The notes beneath the pieces were generated by a model. That model saw only the letters and a program-made list of their open reading frames with translations. It was not told where the DNA came from and made no database searches. Below, one piece after another: positions 59,894 through 64,000 of a DNA stretch of 64,000 bases. Within the stretch, counting starts at the first letter, position 1. Every line of letters starts with the position of its first letter. The position numbers and the translations under genes were made by a program. Origin of the DNA: Macrostomum lignano (Eukaryota); contig NIVC01002777.1 in assembly GCA_002269645.1 (NCBI GenBank), positions 77,259-141,258 of the forward strand, given 5' to 3'.

Positions 59894-62676
59894 CTAGGGT
59901 TAGAAAGTAGACAGATTTTTTAAGATTTCAAGGCTTATGGGGGCATCGCTGAGATGTCAAGGGGGAGTTGAAATGTTAAGGCTTGTGGGGAATTACTGAC
60001 ATGTCAAGGCTTACAAGGGACTGCTGGGGTAAAATTCAAAGAGACGCTACATGTAGTTTATTAAAACAACTTGTACTGCATTTTTGGCTCCCCAACGGGG
60101 GCGCTGATTGCTAGTTATGGACTAAAAATGGAGCCATAATTCTGGACTTCTGCGGCGCCAAAATAAGTCCCATGGGCGCCAAGACAGGTGCCAAAAAACT
60201 GCTGTTACTGTCCACCCCACCAACCTGACAAAGAAGACGCTGTAAATAGATATAAATAGACGCTCGTACAGCTAGTAAAACAAAATAGCAGAAATGCTTT
60301 AACCTTAGTATAACAAAACATATTTTGAGTTGCTAAAAACCCCTATGAAAGGCCAAACAAAGGCGGAAAAACTGATGAAAACAAAACTGAAAACGGCGAC
60401 GACAGCTCGGACGACGAAATCGACATGACGAAGGCGGCGGCGGCGGCGGATCTGGGCGGCAGGAACACGGTGGAAAGCGAGATTGGCGACAATGGGGAGA
60501 ACACTTGCGGCTCAGGCGGCGCTGGCAAGGCGGGGGCCTCTGGCAGCAGCAAGTAAGCAGCTATTTGGTCTTCGATCTACGAGTATTACAATAGTTAGCT
60601 AGTGCGCAGAGGGCTCTAGGCTATCTCTGTAACCCGAGCACACATAGTACATCTTTACATATTCAGACTTCGATGATTGCCATATTAAAACTACAGGCAA
60701 CAATTAAAATAAATTTCCCCATCTTTTTAGAAAGTTTCAACTCTTTGGCAGAAGCAAAAAAGACAAACCCAAGGGCAATGCAGATTCAGGAACGTTCAAC
60801 TTCCCGCAAGATTTGCCAGACAATGCCAAGACGCTGTTTCAGGTAGGCTTCGGTGGCAATACCTATGCAATGGCGCAGCTGCAGAATCTCAGCAATCCAA
60901 CCCGCCTCTGCACTTCTAGATCATGTCTGACAGCCGCCTCATCGCCACAGTCTACGCTTCTAACGCCGGTCGCACTCCGGCCGTGAAAAAACAGAAAGCC
61001 CTGCTGACAGAGAGCGCCGAGAAGCGCTTCACGGTCGACGGCAAGTCCCGGTCAGTCTGGCTGGATCCGCCTGCCGGGGAGAAGGTGGAGATTTGGAAGG
61101 AGTACTTTGGCGACGATGGAGAGTGCAACAGAGCTCTGGGCAGGCTGCCCGGCACTGACAAGTGTGAGTCTGCTGTGTGCAGGGTCAATGGGTCATGGAG
61201 CAGCTGTGCTCAACACTGACAAGTGTGAGTCTGCTGTGTGTGGGTCATGGAGCAGCTGTGCTCAGCACTGACAAGTGTGAGTCTGCTGTGTGTGGGTCAT
61301 GGAACAGCTGTGCTCAACACTGACAAGTGTGAGTCTGCTGTGTGTGGGTCATGGAACAGCTGTGCTCAACACTGACAAGTGTGAGTCTGCTGTGTGTGGG
61401 TCATGGAGCAGCTGTGCTCAGCACTGACAAGTGTGAGTCTGCTGTGTGTGGGTCATGGAACAGCTGTGCTCAACACTGACAAGTGTGAGTCTGCTGTGTG
61501 TGGGTCATGGAGCAGCTGTGCTCAGCACTGACAAGTGTGAGTCTATTGTGTGTGGGTCATGGAGCAGCTGTGCTCAGCACTGACAAGTGCGAGTCTGCTG
61601 TGTGTAGGGCCAACGGGTCATGGAACATCTGTGCTCAACACTGACAAGTGTGAGTCTATTGTGTGTGGGTCATGGAGCAGCTGTGCTCAACAGTGACAAG
61701 TGTGAGTCTGCTGTGTGTGGGTCATGGAGCAGCTGTGCTCAACACTGACAAGTGTGAGTCTGCTGTGTGTGGGTCATGGAGCAGCTGTGCTCAACACTGA
61801 CAAGTGTGAGTCTGCTGTGTGTGGGTCATGGAGCAGCTGTGCTCAACACTGACAAGTGTGAGTCTGCTGTGTGTGGGTCATGGAGCAGCTGTGCTCAACA
61901 CTGACAAGTGTGAGTCTGCTGTGTGTGGGTCATGGAGCAGCTGTGCTCAGCACTGACAAGTGTGAGTCTGCTGTGTGTGGGTCATGGAGCAGCTGTGCTC
62001 AGCACTGACAAGTGTGAGTCTATTGTGTGTGGCATCATGTGAGCACTGACAAGTGCGAGTCTGCTGTGTGTAGGGCCAACGGGTCATGGAACATCTGTGC
62101 TCAACACTGACAAGTGTGAGTCTATTGTGTGTGGGTCATGGAGCAGCTGTGCTCAACAGTGACAAGTGTGAGTCTGCTGTGTGTGGGTCATGGAGCAGCT
62201 GTGCTCAACACTGACAAGTGTGAGTCTGCTGTGTGTGGGTCATGGAGCAGCTGTGCTCAACACTGACAAGTGTGAGTCTGCTGTGTGTGGGTCATGGAGC
62301 AGCTGTGCTCAACACTGACAAGTGTGAGTCTGTTGTGTGTGGGTCATGGAGCAGCTGTGCTCAACACTGACAAGTGCGAGTCTGCTGTGTGTAGGGTCAA
62401 TGGCTCATGGAACAGCTGTGCTCAGTATTGACAACATGACAACTGAATTTGCTGCGTGCTGGGTCTTAGCGGAGCCAAGATTGAATGTTATTTGTCCCCA
62501 TTAAACTAGAGTTTGCTGAGGAACAATCTTTTTCAACTATCTTTCAACTCAGACGGCTACATCCTGAGAGACGAGATCGATGAAGAAGGCCAGTTTGCGC
62601 CAAGGAGGAGCAGGAAGCCTACAATGACAGCCTCCAATTGCTGACCATGTTCATGGACATCTACGGCAACGATTGA
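58883..62676 (+). CDS. uncharacterised protein, paralog 2, 7 exons; 1-nt frameshift in last exon
   Basis: Exons 58883-59170, 59264-59274, 59371-59607, 60352-60552, 60731-60842, 60920-61163, 62553-62676. Homologous to 43961-49485 (NFPQDLPDNAKTLFQIMSDSRLIATVY vs NFPHDVPEKVKSLFEIMPSTRLIATVY; GYILRDEID). The acceptor at 60352 is weak. Confidence 0.7.
59852..59903 (+). repeat. interstitial telomeric (TTAGGG)n
   Basis: About 8 near-perfect TTAGGG units; a shorter run lies at ~26127-26150. Confidence 0.85.
61164..62430. repeat. 52-bp minisatellite in last intron of paralog 2
   Basis: About 23 units of ACTGACAAGTGTGAGTCTGCTGTGTGTGGGTCATGGAGCAGCTGTGCTCAAC. Confidence 0.95.
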
Positions 62677-63509
62677 GCAGCAGACTTTACTAGTATATTG
62701 CTTCTTTTTCATTAGGCTCATATGAGTCAACAAACAGAGCACGGGGTTACAAAGACTCCGATAATCTTAACTATTTCAGACCCCAGGTGTCGGAATAGAA
62801 CCCTCACTAGGGAGCCATCAGACGCATTCTACTCTCGAAATTCGACTGATTTAATCTTAGTCGCCACTTCACTACCTGCTTCCGTTACCTGTTAAGCTTT
62901 GAAGCAATATATCATTAAAGCACACATAATTATTCATATCGACAGTTTCAAACCACAGTTACTATCTTTACGACTGCATGCCAAATGTTTAGAACTAAGC
63001 TCGACTTAGAAGCGCATGAAAATAAAGTCTAAATTTTGTATTCCCGCAAAGCTTCATCGAACACATTTGAAATCGAGGCATTAAGAGGTTGTGCCTAGTA
63101 GTTAATAGATCGAATATCATCTGATAAGTAGCCAATTGTCTGGCTGGCTGACTGAATCATTTGGTTTGCTCCTGGCAGATCTGCCTGCTAAATTAGTCCT
63201 GTCTAACCTATTTTGGATCAATTAGGGTTTTGAACAGCAAATGCAAGCGGCAGGATGTTTGCATTCTACGCATCTCTGATGGTGAAGGCTGTTCTGAAAG
63301 TAGACAGTCCCACAGAGGAAATGTTCAATGGACATCTACTTCCGCGTACACGGCTTGCAGAGTGGTATTCAAACCGGAAATTTCAAGTCACTGGAAATTA
63401 CAAAGGTCTAGCAAAAATCCGTCACTGTACAATCATGCACGCAACTAAGACATAAACTGGATCATTTTACACACACCCAGTTCTCTGTATAGTACAAGAC
63501 ACATGAATC

Positions 63510-63980
63510 ACTGTACATTCAACCAAGGCCTCACTAATGTGGCATCAGACACACACATCGGGTCACTGTGCATTCAACCAAAGGCCTCACTAAAGTGGCA
63601 CCAGACACACACATCGGATCACTGTGCATTCAACCAAAGGCCTCACTAAAGTGGCACAGACACACACATCGGTCACTGTAATTCACCCAAGGCCTCACTA
63701 AAGTGGCACCGAGACAACACACATAGGGTCATTCACCCAAGGCCTCACTAAAGTGGCACCAGACACACACATAGGGTCATTCACCCAAGGCCTCACTAAA
63801 GTGGCACCAGACACACACATAGGGTCATTCACCAAGGCCTCACTAAAGTGGCACCAAGACACACCACATCGGTCACTGTACATTCACCCAAGGCCTCACT
63901 AAAGTGGCACCAGACACACACATAGGGTCATCACCCAAGGCCTCACTAAGGTGGCACCAGACACACATCGGGTCACGATG
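63510..63980. repeat. ~48-bp minisatellite
   Basis: GGTCATTCACCCAAGGCCTCACTAAAGTGGCACCAGACACACACATAG units with indels. Confidence 0.9.
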
Positions 63981-64000
63981 CGAGTGTACGTGCTCCTGAT

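Noticed and set aside
60340-60930. Two separate genes or an operon (apparent stop AAG TAA at 60551-60556, then ATG at 60923; likewise at 47282 and 45225)
   Set aside because: The apparent stops are part of splice donors (AA|GTAAG, AA|GTGAG); bridging exons 60731-60842 and 46345-46228 join everything in frame.
63230-63455. Two overlapping short ORFs after a possible acceptor
   Set aside because: No domain, donor or partner exon identifiable before the window end.

Overview
Eukaryotic (metazoan) genomic window with intron-containing genes, GC-rich coding exons and introns packed with minisatellites. This texture resembles the flatworm Macrostomum, but the species is inference only. Reconstructed by eye: (1) a complete 7-exon calaxin/EFCAB1 gene (minus, 3682-6595); (2) two head-to-head paralogous ZAP(ZC3HAV1)/PARP12-like genes (minus 10285-16679; plus 34561-41808), each with THREE four-finger CCCH RNA-binding modules followed by ZnF5-WWE-WWE and no visible PARP domain; (3) a CpG-eroded, transposon-filled spacer between them, with a decayed BEN-domain-like ORF, three hAT MITEs with 8-bp TSDs and a tandem dimer of a Mutator-like element with a 9-bp TSD; (4) a second head-to-head pair of 7-exon paralogs of unknown function (minus 43961-49485; plus 58883-62676) with 8- and 11-nt microexons, flanking (5) an SLC17/VGLUT-like transporter gene (minus). 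The most notable system is the multi-module, PARP-less ZAP-like pair, which shows module duplication, homogenisation and linker/tail swapping typical of a fast-evolving antiviral locus. All exon models were checked only for reading-frame and splice-site consistency; no database searches were possible.
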